Source of the DNA: an uncultured archaeon
Lineage (GTDB): Archaea > Asgardarchaeota > Lokiarchaeia > Sigyniarchaeales > SOKP01
DNA: 63,660 nt
Direction: 5' to 3'
Assembly (NCBI GenBank): GCA_964508365.1
Contig: CAZDTP010000019.1
Span: 1-63,660 of the forward strand
Under the pieces are notes generated by a model. That model saw only the letters and a list, made by a program, of their open reading frames with translations. It did not search any database and was not told the DNA's origin. The number at the start of each line of letters is the position of its first letter. Positions within the stretch are counted from its first letter, which is position 1. Made by a program: the position numbers and the translations under genes. Positions 26,745-36,663 of this stretch are shown in pieces.

Positions 26745-27374
26745 ATGATGAAAAATCACAGAAAAATTGATATAGAGATAAAATCTAAATTAGAATCTGA
26801 AATATACGCTGTAATTAAAACAATATTAAGTTTAGCTCAAAAATACCAAAGTGGTATTTTAAAAGATAATTTCTTTCAGAAATCAATTAAAAATGCTAGC
26901 AACGATTTACTTACAATTAATATCTCATTAAGTAAATATAATTTTATACTTTCAGAAATGTTGAAGAGCATGAATTATGCAGACGAATACTATCGAGCAA
27001 TTAATATCATTAATAAAATATCCCCACTTGAATTTCCTGCTGAAATATACTCGAAATCAGTGAGTTCCTCATTTCTCGAAATCCCTAAAATCACTTCTGA
27101 AATAACTTCTTCGTTTATTACACTTATGGATGCATTAAAATTGAACGCTTTTCACGACGAAGACCTAATCCTCGGTCTTTTCGCTAACTTGAAAAATCAT
27201 TTTGACAAGTTTCCTGGTTTGGAATTAAGTAAAATAAAGCTTCAAAAAATCTATCAAGAATATGAGCATAACCATCGAAGAATTAACACAAATAAAAACA
27301 ATAGAGATTTAATCGCAGACGAATTATACGCATTGTTTAATGATTTCAAAAGTAAGTTGAATCTGGAGCTTTAA
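26745..27374 (+). CDS. vps28: ESCRT-I subunit Vps28 homologue
   Basis: SEIYAVIKT..L...Y (Vps28 N-terminal motif) and FITLMDALKLN (C-terminal four-helix bundle motif); ~210 aa. Confidence 0.85.
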   Translation: MMKNHRKIDIEIKSKLESEIYAVIKTILSLAQKYQSGILKDNFFQKSIKNASNDLLTINISLSKYNFILSEMLKSMNYADEYYRAINIINKISPLEFPAEIYSKSVSSSFLEIPKITSEITSSFITLMDALKLNAFHDEDLILGLFANLKNHFDKFPGLELSKIKLQKIYQEYEHNHRRINTNKNNRDLIADELYALFNDFKSKLNLEL

Positions 27375-27467
27375 TAAAAATGATAAAATTAATTAACTTT
27401 TCATGCCTTAAAAGTATAGAAACTAAAGTTTCGAATTTAAGTAATTGATACAATAAAGGTAATCTAC

Positions 27468-27743
27468 TTGCCAAAACCAGGTTTAAGATCGAAAGCTCAG
27501 CTACGAAAAAAATTGAAAACTCCGGGTAACTTTAATGTTACTCATTATTGGAGAAAAAAACCTAGTAAGGCGGAGTGTGCTATCTGCAAAAAACCACTTC
27601 AAGCCGTACCAAGATTAAGGCCCTCCAAAATGACAAAAACAAATCGCGTTTCAAGAAGGGCAAATCGACCCGAAAGCGGAAGGTATTGTGCGAATTGTTT
27701 ACAAACTCTTCTCAAAGAAGCAGTTTGGCAACCTTCAGAATGA
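27468..27743 (+). CDS. rpl34e: 50S ribosomal protein L34e
   Basis: KTPG....HY.RKKP..AECAICKKPL..VPR...RPE.G..CANC. Confidence 0.95.
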   Translation: MPKPGLRSKAQLRKKLKTPGNFNVTHYWRKKPSKAECAICKKPLQAVPRLRPSKMTKTNRVSRRANRPESGRYCANCLQTLLKEAVWQPSE

Positions 27744-27828
27744 ATCACTCTGGAAATTTCATTAATATTAAATATTTTCTAGTTATTATTTCATATATTA
27801 GCTTCAGTCAGTTTTATGATTAAGAAAA

Positions 27829-28389
27829 ATGATAATTGCTATATCTGGTCTTCATGGAACAGGGAAATCTACAATTGCCAAATTGTTAGCAGAAAACCTT
27901 GGAATACTCTATTATTCAACGGGCCAGGCGTTTCGGGATTTAGCAGAAGAAAATGGTATGACATTGGAGGAATATACAAACTATGTTGAGAAGAATCCAG
28001 AGATCGACAAAAGTTTGGATAAAAAAGTAGTCGATATGGCAAAAAAGGGTAGTATTATTATCGATAGTCAATTAAGTGGACATTTGTTAAAATCCATTGC
28101 GGATTACAAGATACACTTAACTTGCCCATTGAGAATTCGTGTAAAAAGAATGGCAGCCAGAGATCAGAGCTCCTTCGATGCAAAATTAAAGGAAACGAGT
28201 TTAAGGGAAGAATCTGAGCTAAAGCGTTTTAATGAACTTTATAACATTGATTTAAGTGATAACGACTTTATTCTAAATTTCTTCGATTTAATTATTGACA
28301 CAGAAAGTTTGTCAATTGAAGAAGTGCTGCAAATAATCCTTAAAGAGTTAGAAAAAATAAAACAAAACGATTTCATACAAAAATCATAA
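27829..28389 (+). CDS. cmk: Cytidylate kinase (archaeal type)
   Basis: IAISGLHGTGKST, GQAFRDLA; conserved position between L34e and L14e. Confidence 0.93.
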   Translation: MIIAISGLHGTGKSTIAKLLAENLGILYYSTGQAFRDLAEENGMTLEEYTNYVEKNPEIDKSLDKKVVDMAKKGSIIIDSQLSGHLLKSIADYKIHLTCPLRIRVKRMAARDQSSFDAKLKETSLREESELKRFNELYNIDLSDNDFILNFFDLIIDTESLSIEEVLQIILKELEKIKQNDFIQKS

Positions 28390-28500
28390 AAAATTTATTA
28401 TTACAATTATTCTAAAATTTAAAAAAATAGAATATCTTTTCTGATAACTAAAAAATTCAGAGAAGATAAAGCTAATAAAATTAATTTGGTGACAAATTAA

Positions 28501-28773
28501 ATGAGTGTATATGACATAGGACGCGTTTGCGTTAAAACAACTGGAAGGGAAGCTGGAAAATATTGTGTTGTAGTTGATATTGTCGATAAAAATTATATTT
28601 TAATTGATGGATTGAATGTTAGAAGACGACGAGCTAATTACAAGCATCTCGAACCCATTTCCGAAACGATCGATATTAAAAAAGGAGCCTCGCATACCAA
28701 TGTAGAGGAAGCTATTAAAAAGGCTAAACTCGAGAAGAAATTAAAGGAAACGGTTTCCATTCCTAATAAATAA
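28501..28773 (+). CDS. rpl14e: 50S ribosomal protein L14e
   Basis: IGRVCVKTTGREAGKYCVVVD...VRRRRAN.KHLEP. Confidence 0.95.
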   Translation: MSVYDIGRVCVKTTGREAGKYCVVVDIVDKNYILIDGLNVRRRRANYKHLEPISETIDIKKGASHTNVEEAIKKAKLEKKLKETVSIPNK

Positions 28774-28848
28774 TTTTAATTTATTAAAGAGATTAAAAAT
28801 CGTAGTATAAATGAACGTCGCTAAAAAGCGTCGTTATCTTTTTTTTTT

Positions 28849-28948
28849 GCAGATATAGCCAAGCGGTACGGCGCTGGCTTGGAGTGGTAACCTTAACCAG
28901 AAAGCCAGTGTGTGAAAACACTCGAGGGTTCGAGTCCCTCTGTCTGCG
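28849..28948 (+). tRNA. tRNA-Ser (GGA) with an 18-nt intron at 37/38 (28885-28902)
   Basis: Acceptor GCAGATA/TGTCTGC + G73; anticodon arm CTGGC-TTGGAG|A-GCCAG; BHB helix TTGG/CCAG; long variable arm; GAGGG-TTCGAGT-CCCTC. Confidence 0.92.
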
Positions 28949-28975
28949 TTTTAATTTTATTCAATTGGAGGCTAG

Positions 28976-29650
28976 TTAAACGTCCGGAAACTCCAATGCT
29001 TTAGCTTTACTTCCACCCATCATTTGTTCCATTCCTCCTTGTGCTTGGGTTTGTAGTTTCAATAATCTCTGAATAAGGGTATTAATTCCAAAACTGCAGA
29101 GGAAATACCACGCAGTAAAGTTTATCCATCCTGCATTCACTCCAATAGATCTAATCCCTCCATATACAAGAGCAGTCCAATCTGGAGTTCCACTCGTCCA
29201 ACCAGCCATCATGCTTCCAATAAGTGGTACGTCGTTAGCGTTCATTGGTGATAACGCAACTGGATTGGCTTCTCCGAACAGACCTCTTACTAAAGAAAAT
29301 ATAACTATCATGGGAACGAAAGTAATGCACGATGGTAACATACGCTTTAATGCCATTTTTTGTTGCGATTGTTTGATCATACTATCTAACCGTTCCCAAC
29401 GCTTTCTCATTTTCCTGTATTTTTCTGGGTCCGTCTCAGCAATTTCTATAATTTTGGCTTTCTCCTCGTCGTGCGCTTTCTTAATGACTTGTTTTCTATT
29501 TATCTCGCCAGTGTCAACTAACCATCTCGTTAATCCAGTACTAATAAGAGCCGTTGTTGTAGCCATTAAGATAATGAAAATCATGGACCCTGGCGGGTAG
29601 CTTATCCAATCTAGAAAAGCATTTGATTCTTGAAATAATAACAGAAGCAT
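28976..29650 (-). CDS. EMC3/TMCO1 family (DUF106) membrane protein insertase
   Basis: TM helix, coiled coil, MLPSCITFVPMI, NFTAWYFLCS; downstream of secY. Confidence 0.85.
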   Translation of the reverse strand: MLLLLFQESNAFLDWISYPPGSMIFIILMATTTALISTGLTRWLVDTGEINRKQVIKKAHDEEKAKIIEIAETDPEKYRKMRKRWERLDSMIKQSQQKMALKRMLPSCITFVPMIVIFSLVRGLFGEANPVALSPMNANDVPLIGSMMAGWTSGTPDWTALVYGGIRSIGVNAGWINFTAWYFLCSFGINTLIQRLLKLQTQAQGGMEQMMGGSKAKALEFPDV

Positions 29651-30170
29651 AGTTATATTGAAGAAATTTTAATAATATATTAAAGTTTTTAGCAGAAAAA
29701 CAAAAAATATTTAGTAGTAAAAAATGAAAAACCCCCACTTTTAAAGGATTAATTATATAGTTAATACGTAATCTAACAGCTTGAGCTTATCCCAAGTAAT
29801 ACTTTATAATTATTACAAATACTTACCTCAATATACGTACCCGCTGATTTTCCAGCACCTGCATCCCCAGGAGATCTAATATAAATATTATAAATGCCAT
29901 CTGTACAGAGATTCTTTTATAAGTATAATCTATTTTCATTTTAGTTTTACACTTAGGACAAACTATATATTAGGGATATTCTATTGTAATTTTCAATCAG
30001 CTCTCATTCTCATCTTATAAATTTGGGGGTCAAATATTATAGGGATTTGCTCGATAATTGCTATTTTGTTAGTAAGATATATAATTCTATAGTTTTTTTC
30101 AATAAAAAGAATGGATAATTCCTGCCCTCTTTAAATTAAATAAAAATTTGGAGGATTTTAGTTATTTCCG

Positions 30171-31622
30171 TTAATCCATACCCAAGAACGACCGCATGCC
30201 CGGATACTGCATGGCTGCCATTTCTTTGGCTAGAGATTCAGAATATTGGTGGATGATGCCTATAGCTATCAAAAGCCCCGTACCTGAAGTCAGTGCACCT
30301 AGAGAATCGGCGAAGAAACTCATTACTGCAATTATTATTCCGTTTAATATTACTAATGTTGGGATGTATCTCTTCAAGATTCTCTCAATAATTTTGTCCG
30401 AACTTCGAAACCCAGGAATTTGCATTCCAGAATCTATTATTTGCTGAGCTATATCGCGTGGGGCGAGTCCTGAGACATCGACCCAAACACGGCCGAGGAT
30501 CACACAGAGGAATATAAAGAACAGAAGATATATAATAGCTCTTAATGGATCGGCTATTAACTGATCCAAACCTTGAGGTGGGGAGAGGAAATAAAGCAAA
30601 CCATAATTTGGAACCAAGTAGTTACCTGTCGCTCCGCCAGCTGGTACATCGTCGAACCTGCCGATTAGATCTATCAGAAAATCGAAATCTCCTCCTCTAA
30701 GAGCTGAATCTGGTCCAGCAATCATCTGTCCAAAGAATAGGAAATTAGCGTACAATGCGTTAACTAAAATGACGGGAATATTTGAGACATAGAGTAATTT
30801 CATCGGATACTTTCCTTTAAAACCTCGATATCCCTTGTACGCCAAGGGAATTTCGACCCGGGTGGACTCGAACCATATAACAATAAGAAAAATAATTAGT
30901 GTTGTAATACCTCCAAAAAGAGATGGTAGTCTATTGCTTCTGAATATAAATTCTGCAATATTGTATTCTGGATCTGCTAATGCTTGGAAAAATCCTACTA
31001 TAACACCTCTAGCGACACCATCATCAGCTCCGATAAAGCTAAATAAATTCCAAAAGATTTGACCCGCAACACCCGCAGCGATAAACAAAGAGACTCCGCT
31101 GCCAATCCCCCATCCTTTTTGGAGTAATTCATCAAGTAAGATGATAACCATTCCAGCAAGAAACAACTGTAAAAATACAAGTGTTCCGTTGGTAATAGTT
31201 AGAGGTCCAAAAGCTCCTCCAATAATATAAGCAACTATATTGAATATTGTTAGAAACATCGCGAACACTTTTTGAGAACCGCTAAACATCGATCTATCGT
31301 AAGGATCACTCATATCAACTTTAATAATTTTGGAACCAAGCAATAGCTGCATAATTAATCCAGCTGTTACTATTGGACCAATTCCTAATTCTGTAAGCGT
31401 TCCTCGCTGGCTTGCCAATATAACTCTTAACCAATAATAATAGTCTGTCGTTTCTGAAATATTTACTCCGAAGAGAGGAATGTTTGACATAATCAGATAA
31501 ATTACTAGAGCCAGTACAGTCCACAATAATTTTTCTTTGAAACTTACTTCTCTTTGCGGCGCTTTAAGCTCAGGCATTACCCGTACGAATGGAGTAAAGA
31601 ATTTTAGGAATTTTCCGGTCAT
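30171..31622 (-). CDS. secY: Preprotein translocase SecY/Sec61alpha
   Basis: KEKLLWT, RGTLTELGIGPIVTAGLIMQLL, YPMKLLYVSNIP, IPGFR, GTGLLI. Confidence 0.98.
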   Translation of the reverse strand: MTGKFLKFFTPFVRVMPELKAPQREVSFKEKLLWTVLALVIYLIMSNIPLFGVNISETTDYYYWLRVILASQRGTLTELGIGPIVTAGLIMQLLLGSKIIKVDMSDPYDRSMFSGSQKVFAMFLTIFNIVAYIIGGAFGPLTITNGTLVFLQLFLAGMVIILLDELLQKGWGIGSGVSLFIAAGVAGQIFWNLFSFIGADDGVARGVIVGFFQALADPEYNIAEFIFRSNRLPSLFGGITTLIIFLIVIWFESTRVEIPLAYKGYRGFKGKYPMKLLYVSNIPVILVNALYANFLFFGQMIAGPDSALRGGDFDFLIDLIGRFDDVPAGGATGNYLVPNYGLLYFLSPPQGLDQLIADPLRAIIYLLFFIFLCVILGRVWVDVSGLAPRDIAQQIIDSGMQIPGFRSSDKIIERILKRYIPTLVILNGIIIAVMSFFADSLGALTSGTGLLIAIGIIHQYSESLAKEMAAMQYPGMRSFLGMD

Positions 31623-31885
31623 GGATCATCAGTTTAAAACTTTAACGAGTATTCTCTTTTTAAGTAAAATTAAATTATCTTGAATGAGAAATGTAATTAA
31701 ACAAAAAATTGAATTTTAAAAAAACTTTTTGATTTGCGAAGGTATTCACTTGAATAACTGATTTCTTAGAAAATAGATAGCGTTCAAATAAATAGAAAAT
31801 AGAAAAAAATAATAGAAAAAAATATTTTAGTTCCTTACAAAATTAATTTTAACTCAATTTCTTTTTGTGCCTTAGTTTTTTAGAA

Positions 31886-32185
31886 TTAGAATAGGGATCC
31901 GATACCCGTCGGTTCCTCTTCCTCTTCTTCCGGTTCTTCTTTCTTTTCTTTCTTTTGTGCTCCCATCGCGGATTGTGCGGAAGCTACGGGAACGGCCATT
32001 ACAGGAGCCGCTGTAGCAGAACTGATAATCGTCTCAATGTCAGCTTCTTTAAGCCCAGCTACAACTTTTGTAAGTTGGGCTTTATCAACATCTACATTTG
32101 CAGCTTTTAATATTTTTTCAATGTTGACTTCGGTGATATCTTTTTGTGCTTTATGCAAAATTAAGGCAGCATATATTGTTTCCAT
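31886..32185 (-). CDS. rpl12p: Ribosomal stalk protein P1 (aL12)
   Basis: IYAALILH, Ala-rich hinge, acidic tail EEEE.TGIGSLF. Confidence 0.95.
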   Translation of the reverse strand: METIYAALILHKAQKDITEVNIEKILKAANVDVDKAQLTKVVAGLKEADIETIISSATAAPVMAVPVASAQSAMGAQKKEKKEEPEEEEEEPTGIGSLF

Positions 32186-32262
32186 TTTTTTAACCTCTTT
32201 TTTATTTTATCCAATTAATTTTAAAATTTGTATTAGTTTATTTTATCAAAAAATCTATTTAA

Positions 32263-33231
32263 TTATCCAAATAATCCTCCAATACCGACTTCTTCATCTT
32301 CCTCATCTTCGGATTCATCTACTTTACTTTCTTTTTTATCTTTCGTTTCAGGAACTGGTAGATCCCCACCAAGAATCATAGCATTTATAGCATTAGCATT
32401 TAAGACAGCTTTTCGAATGTATTCATCCCGCAAATCCTGAAAATATACGGGTAATTCGAATAGTAATCCAAGAGCACCTCGATGTGCTTTTTGAATCATT
32501 GGTTTTATCGTTTCTTTGTCTAAAATGCCTAGTTCTAAAGCTAAATTCTGAGCAGAGAAATATGCTGAAATTAAGTCCTTTTGGAACTGTTCCATGTCCA
32601 TATATAGTATTTCTTCTGGAATAATTTCGCCATCGCTCCAAGCGTAATGAATTCTTATAAGAGATTCAATTGGATTTACACCCAACTTTTTTAAAACGGC
32701 TGCTTGTTTTACATCAACAAAAGCCCCTGCTTGATGCGTTTGGGTATCTTCTCTAATCCAAATGGTATCATTTTGAATTCTCGTTGGAAGCCGTAGCGTC
32801 ATGTTTAATTCGCTAATAACTTGTCCAGTAGGTAAACCTGTGTCGCCAGCTCTCACCCAAATATCAACGGGTGTAATTTCATTAGGTTTAGCAGGAACCA
32901 TCCATTCGCTTTGATTAAAAATCTTTTTTAATTCAAATATATTCAGATCTGTGAAACATAATGCGGCTTGTCCGGGAATTCTCTTAGCAAATTCATCTAA
33001 ATTTTCTACTTTAGATTCTTGTTTATATTTATCTATCGCTCTAAGTTGAAGGCTCTTTTTTGACATCCTTATGATTGCTTTTCCTCTTAAAATTTTACGC
33101 ATTTCTTGAATTTGCCTATCGTTAAGTTTTGCTACCTCTATTACAGCGATATTACCATAGTCTCTAAACAAACCCACTAAATGCTCAATTTCATCCATCT
33201 TCCATTGAGGTATATCATGTTTTCCTATCAC
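32263..33231 (-). CDS. rplP0: Ribosomal protein uL10 (P0)
   Basis: IPQWK, QEMRKILRG, GDTGLPTG, acidic tail GIGGLFG. Confidence 0.96.
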   Translation of the reverse strand: MIGKHDIPQWKMDEIEHLVGLFRDYGNIAVIEVAKLNDRQIQEMRKILRGKAIIRMSKKSLQLRAIDKYKQESKVENLDEFAKRIPGQAALCFTDLNIFELKKIFNQSEWMVPAKPNEITPVDIWVRAGDTGLPTGQVISELNMTLRLPTRIQNDTIWIREDTQTHQAGAFVDVKQAAVLKKLGVNPIESLIRIHYAWSDGEIIPEEILYMDMEQFQKDLISAYFSAQNLALELGILDKETIKPMIQKAHRGALGLLFELPVYFQDLRDEYIRKAVLNANAINAMILGGDLPVPETKDKKESKVDESEDEEDEEVGIGGLFG

Positions 33232-33235
33232 TATT

Positions 33236-33964
33236 TCACACCTCTATACTCTTTAAAAATTGTTCGTCAATCTTAATTGGATGTCCCATGGTTGTTTTCA
33301 AAAACATAGATTTGATATTGTTATATCTATGGGGCATTTGATCAGCGATATAATCCACTAAAGCTTTTAAATTTTCGAAGACTCTATCTCGCTCCATTGA
33401 TTTTTTCCCTATTTTAACTTGGATAAGAAGCTGTTTTTTCAGTTGAATTCTGATTATTTTTAAGTATCGTTCTATCGCAATTTTTAGATCCTCTGGACTT
33501 GAAATAATACCATAACCACTTGGAAATGGTTTTGGCATTTTCCCTAATGGTCCAAGAAATCTAGCCAAATAACGCGCTACACTTGGCATCATTTTATCTT
33601 CGACTATAAAGAAATCGTATTTCTTCACGAATTTCTTCTTTACTTTTTTCTCCTCGTTATTCAATTGAACTAATCCATCGTTATCAATTGTTTCAAGTCC
33701 TAAGTTTCGTGCTTCTAATAGAATTTCATCTGATGCTATTACGCATACATTTGGAATATCTCTTGTTATAATATTATTAGGTAGTAATATTTCCTTGTCT
33801 ATCCTCTGTTTAGGATCGTTTAAATTAAGGTCTTTCAGATTTATAATACAATCAATTGATTCGTCAAATTTCCTAACCTTATCTTTAAATCCTTCCTTTT
33901 TTATAACAGAGTATTCGATAGCTGCACTAATCGATTTTTTTAACAATTTATCATCGACTTTCAT
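33236..33964 (-). CDS. rpl1: Ribosomal protein uL1
   Basis: KFDESIDCIINLK, LGPLGKMPKP, KTTMG. Confidence 0.96.
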   Translation of the reverse strand: MKVDDKLLKKSISAAIEYSVIKKEGFKDKVRKFDESIDCIINLKDLNLNDPKQRIDKEILLPNNIITRDIPNVCVIASDEILLEARNLGLETIDNDGLVQLNNEEKKVKKKFVKKYDFFIVEDKMMPSVARYLARFLGPLGKMPKPFPSGYGIISSPEDLKIAIERYLKIIRIQLKKQLLIQVKIGKKSMERDRVFENLKALVDYIADQMPHRYNNIKSMFLKTTMGHPIKIDEQFLKSIEV

Positions 33965-33967
33965 ATT

Positions 33968-34483
33968 TTACATCTCCCCCTGGATTTTATCGTCATATTC
34001 TCCGGTATCAATTCTTTTTTGTATATCTCTTGGATCCTTGCCCTCAACTGTTGCACCAATAGAAAGAGCTGTTCCTAACACTGTTTTTACAGCGTTTTTA
34101 AAAGTTTTAGCTAAGAAGATTTCCTTTTTAGCATTTGCAACATTAACCACCTGTTCAAGAGTTAAATCGCCAGATTTCTTCTCAGAGCTATTTATGCTTC
34201 CTTTTTCTACTCCCAATTCCTTCAAAAGGAGTGAAGCTGTGCTTGGGGTTTCTACGAAAATCTCAAATTGCTTGGTTTCAGGATCGCACTCAATTCTTAC
34301 TGGTACTGTCAAACCCTTAAAAAGCATGGTCTTTTCGTTGACTGCATCTACCACGTCTTTGATATTTATGCCTGTGGGTCCAACGGCAGGCCCTATAGGG
34401 GGACCACCACTAGCAGCGCCGCCTGTAATTAATGCGCGAACGATAATGCGTGTTTTTTCCTTCTCTTTACTCAATTTATTCAC
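33968..34483 (-). CDS. rpl11: Ribosomal protein uL11
   Basis: GGAASGGPPIGPAVGP.G.N, PSTASLL, GTALSIG. Confidence 0.97.
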   Translation of the reverse strand: MNKLSKEKEKTRIIVRALITGGAASGGPPIGPAVGPTGINIKDVVDAVNEKTMLFKGLTVPVRIECDPETKQFEIFVETPSTASLLLKELGVEKGSINSSEKKSGDLTLEQVVNVANAKKEIFLAKTFKNAVKTVLGTALSIGATVEGKDPRDIQKRIDTGEYDDKIQGEM

Positions 34484-34798
34484 TCTTTTTGTAAATCGAT
34501 TATATTAAGCCTACATTTTAAAACGCAGAACAACTAACATAACTTTAGACTAAACTTTCCAATATCTTTAAATATATCGGAGCCGTAATCTATTACGTCC
34601 TAAGTTTTGAGAAATATAGACTTAACTTAGTACGAATGAAAAAGAATAATAGTTAAAAAATTTTACTGAGATTTTATAATTGCTGCTGATCTTAATTTAT
34701 TTATTTTATTAATGATATCATTATTTGAGAAACAAAAAGAACGATTTCAGAGCTAAATCTATTCAAATTTAAGAACTTTTAAAGGGTAAGGTTGTAAG

Positions 34799-35647
34799 AT
34801 GATAATTTGGATTCTAAATAGCGATTCGGGAGTAAAATTATTGTATAAATCCTTTTTGAAAACGGATGCTGATGAGGATATTGTATCTGGATTTCTAACA
34901 GCATTTCATCATTTTTCTATTGAGGAATTCCATCAATCATTAGATTCTATAGAAATGGGTGGATTAAAATGGATTTACATATTAAAACCAGAATTTAAAT
35001 TGTTATTCGTTGTTGCAGATGTAAAAGAAGTGAAAACTGAGATTTTAAAGGGTAGGCTTAATGTGATAAAAGAAGCGTTTCTAAAAGAATTCGAAAAAGT
35101 TTGGATTAAAAAAAAACATAGTTGGGATGGAAATATGAATGTTTATATGCCATTCCTTAAAGTCATTGAAGATTATTACAGCCAGTGGGAGGAAGTAGAA
35201 TCATTAAACCAAGTCGCAGATTTTTTTGATATTTTAGGGGTATTTCAACAGATTTTTATCATGTTAAGAAATATTTTAGAGAAGAAAATGTACAATAAGT
35301 CAAAGCAAGTAGTCTTAGATCAAATGCAAAAAGTTTACAACAATTTTAGAAATAAAGAAGTGTACAAATCACAACCAGAATTGGAAAATATTACTTTTTC
35401 TAAAGAAGCTTGGTTTAACTTTATTGATATTAACTTATTAAAGTGCGAAAAAGAAGTAATCACGAAATATTTGAAGTCGATTCTTTACGAAACAGTTTCA
35501 ATCTTAAAAGAAGTAAAGGGTAAAAATTTGTGTTTAAAATACTTTAACGAAGAAAGAGTGTACTCTTATATTTATAATAACATGGAACTCTTAAAGGATT
35601 TAAATTTAGACATGTTTTTTCTAGAATTATTTTTATTTATCAAGTAA
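34799..35647 (+). CDS. Longin/roadblock-like N-terminal domain protein with helical C-terminus
   Basis: IWILNSDSGVKLLY...IVSGFLTAF..F......LDSIEMG pattern typical of Asgard longin-like domains. Confidence 0.6.
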   Translation: MIIWILNSDSGVKLLYKSFLKTDADEDIVSGFLTAFHHFSIEEFHQSLDSIEMGGLKWIYILKPEFKLLFVVADVKEVKTEILKGRLNVIKEAFLKEFEKVWIKKKHSWDGNMNVYMPFLKVIEDYYSQWEEVESLNQVADFFDILGVFQQIFIMLRNILEKKMYNKSKQVVLDQMQKVYNNFRNKEVYKSQPELENITFSKEAWFNFIDINLLKCEKEVITKYLKSILYETVSILKEVKGKNLCLKYFNEERVYSYIYNNMELLKDLNLDMFFLELFLFIK

Positions 35648-35658
35648 AATACGCCTTT

Positions 35659-35862
35659 TCAGAACCTACAACAAAGACGTCTACCGTAATCGAGATTATG
35701 TTTTAGATATTCATCAGATAATATTTTCATAACTTCTTCATAATTCAATTCTGTCTTATAAACCTTATTTACTCTATCAGGAATATCCTCAATTTCTACT
35801 CCTGGAGTTGATACTAATCTAAAGATCTCATTCTTAACTTCTTTCGATATTTCTTCTGTCAT
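35659..35862 (-). CDS. Small hypothetical protein
   Basis: 67-aa ATG ORF ending GRRLCCRF. Confidence 0.6.
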   Translation of the reverse strand: MTEEISKEVKNEIFRLVSTPGVEIEDIPDRVNKVYKTELNYEEVMKILSDEYLKHNLDYGRRLCCRF

Positions 35863-35985
35863 ATAATTATTATTAAGTATATTAAATGAAAAATATTATC
35901 GTTAATTTTAAAAAAAACACACACATTTTATAAAGATTTAATAATGCTAATCTCCTAAAACTTCTATAAAATATTAGAAAACAAA

Positions 35986-36663
35986 TTAATCCCGTTCTAA
36001 AATAACTTCGTGCGTAATCGTACCTATTTTTTCAATAGAAGCTTCTAATATATCTCCTGGTTGTATCGGACCTATTCCACTTGGAGTACCTGTAGCGATT
36101 ATATCTCCTCTTTTTAATGTTACATATTTAGACAAATATTCTAGTATTTGAGGGATTTTAAATAACATATGCTTAGTATTCGAGAATTGTCTTGTCGCTC
36201 CGTTAACTTTTAATTGAATTGATAAGTTATGGGGGTCGGAAATTTCACTACACGGAAGGATTCTCGGTCCTATCGGACCAAACGAATCGAAATTTTTGCT
36301 TCTATACCATGGTAAATTTATATTTCTATCGCTTTTTTGCATACTTCTCGCAGTTAAATCAAGAAAAATTGTGTATCCTTGGATATAATCGAACGCTACT
36401 TCCGCTGAAACATTTTTGCATGTTTGAAAGATAATGAATGCGAGTTCGACTTCGTGATCGACTCTATTATACTTCTCACTTTCATATAGAATTTTCGGGT
36501 AAATTATTGGTTCGTTGTCAGTTATAAGCGTATTTAAAGTCTTGACAAAAAAAACAGGTTCTGTAGGAACAGGTGCGTTTGTTTCTTTTATGTGATCTAA
36601 ATAATTTCGCCCTAAACATACTATTTTTGTTGGATTAATCGTAGTTTTTCCAATTTTTATCAT
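35986..36663 (-). CDS. Fumarylacetoacetate hydrolase family protein (paralog 1)
   Basis: KIVCLGRNY.DH, DHEVELA, DLTAR, SKNFD, GDIIATGTPSG. Confidence 0.93.
   Translation of the reverse strand: MIKIGKTTINPTKIVCLGRNYLDHIKETNAPVPTEPVFFVKTLNTLITDNEPIIYPKILYESEKYNRVDHEVELAFIIFQTCKNVSAEVAFDYIQGYTIFLDLTARSMQKSDRNINLPWYRSKNFDSFGPIGPRILPCSEISDPHNLSIQLKVNGATRQFSNTKHMLFKIPQILEYLSKYVTLKRGDIIATGTPSGIGPIQPGDILEASIEKIGTITHEVILERD

Noticed and set aside
28814-28835. Regulatory RNA upstream of tRNA-Ser
   Set aside because: Only a short imperfect hairpin (aacgtcgct/agcgtcgtt) before a T-tract; at most a terminator or processing signal, with no evidence for a distinct ncRNA.
33795-34508. Long antisense/shadow ORFs (also 29211-29600, 50389-50922, 25814-26179 and others)
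   Set aside because: They overlap well-supported genes on the opposite strand and have no recognisable motifs.
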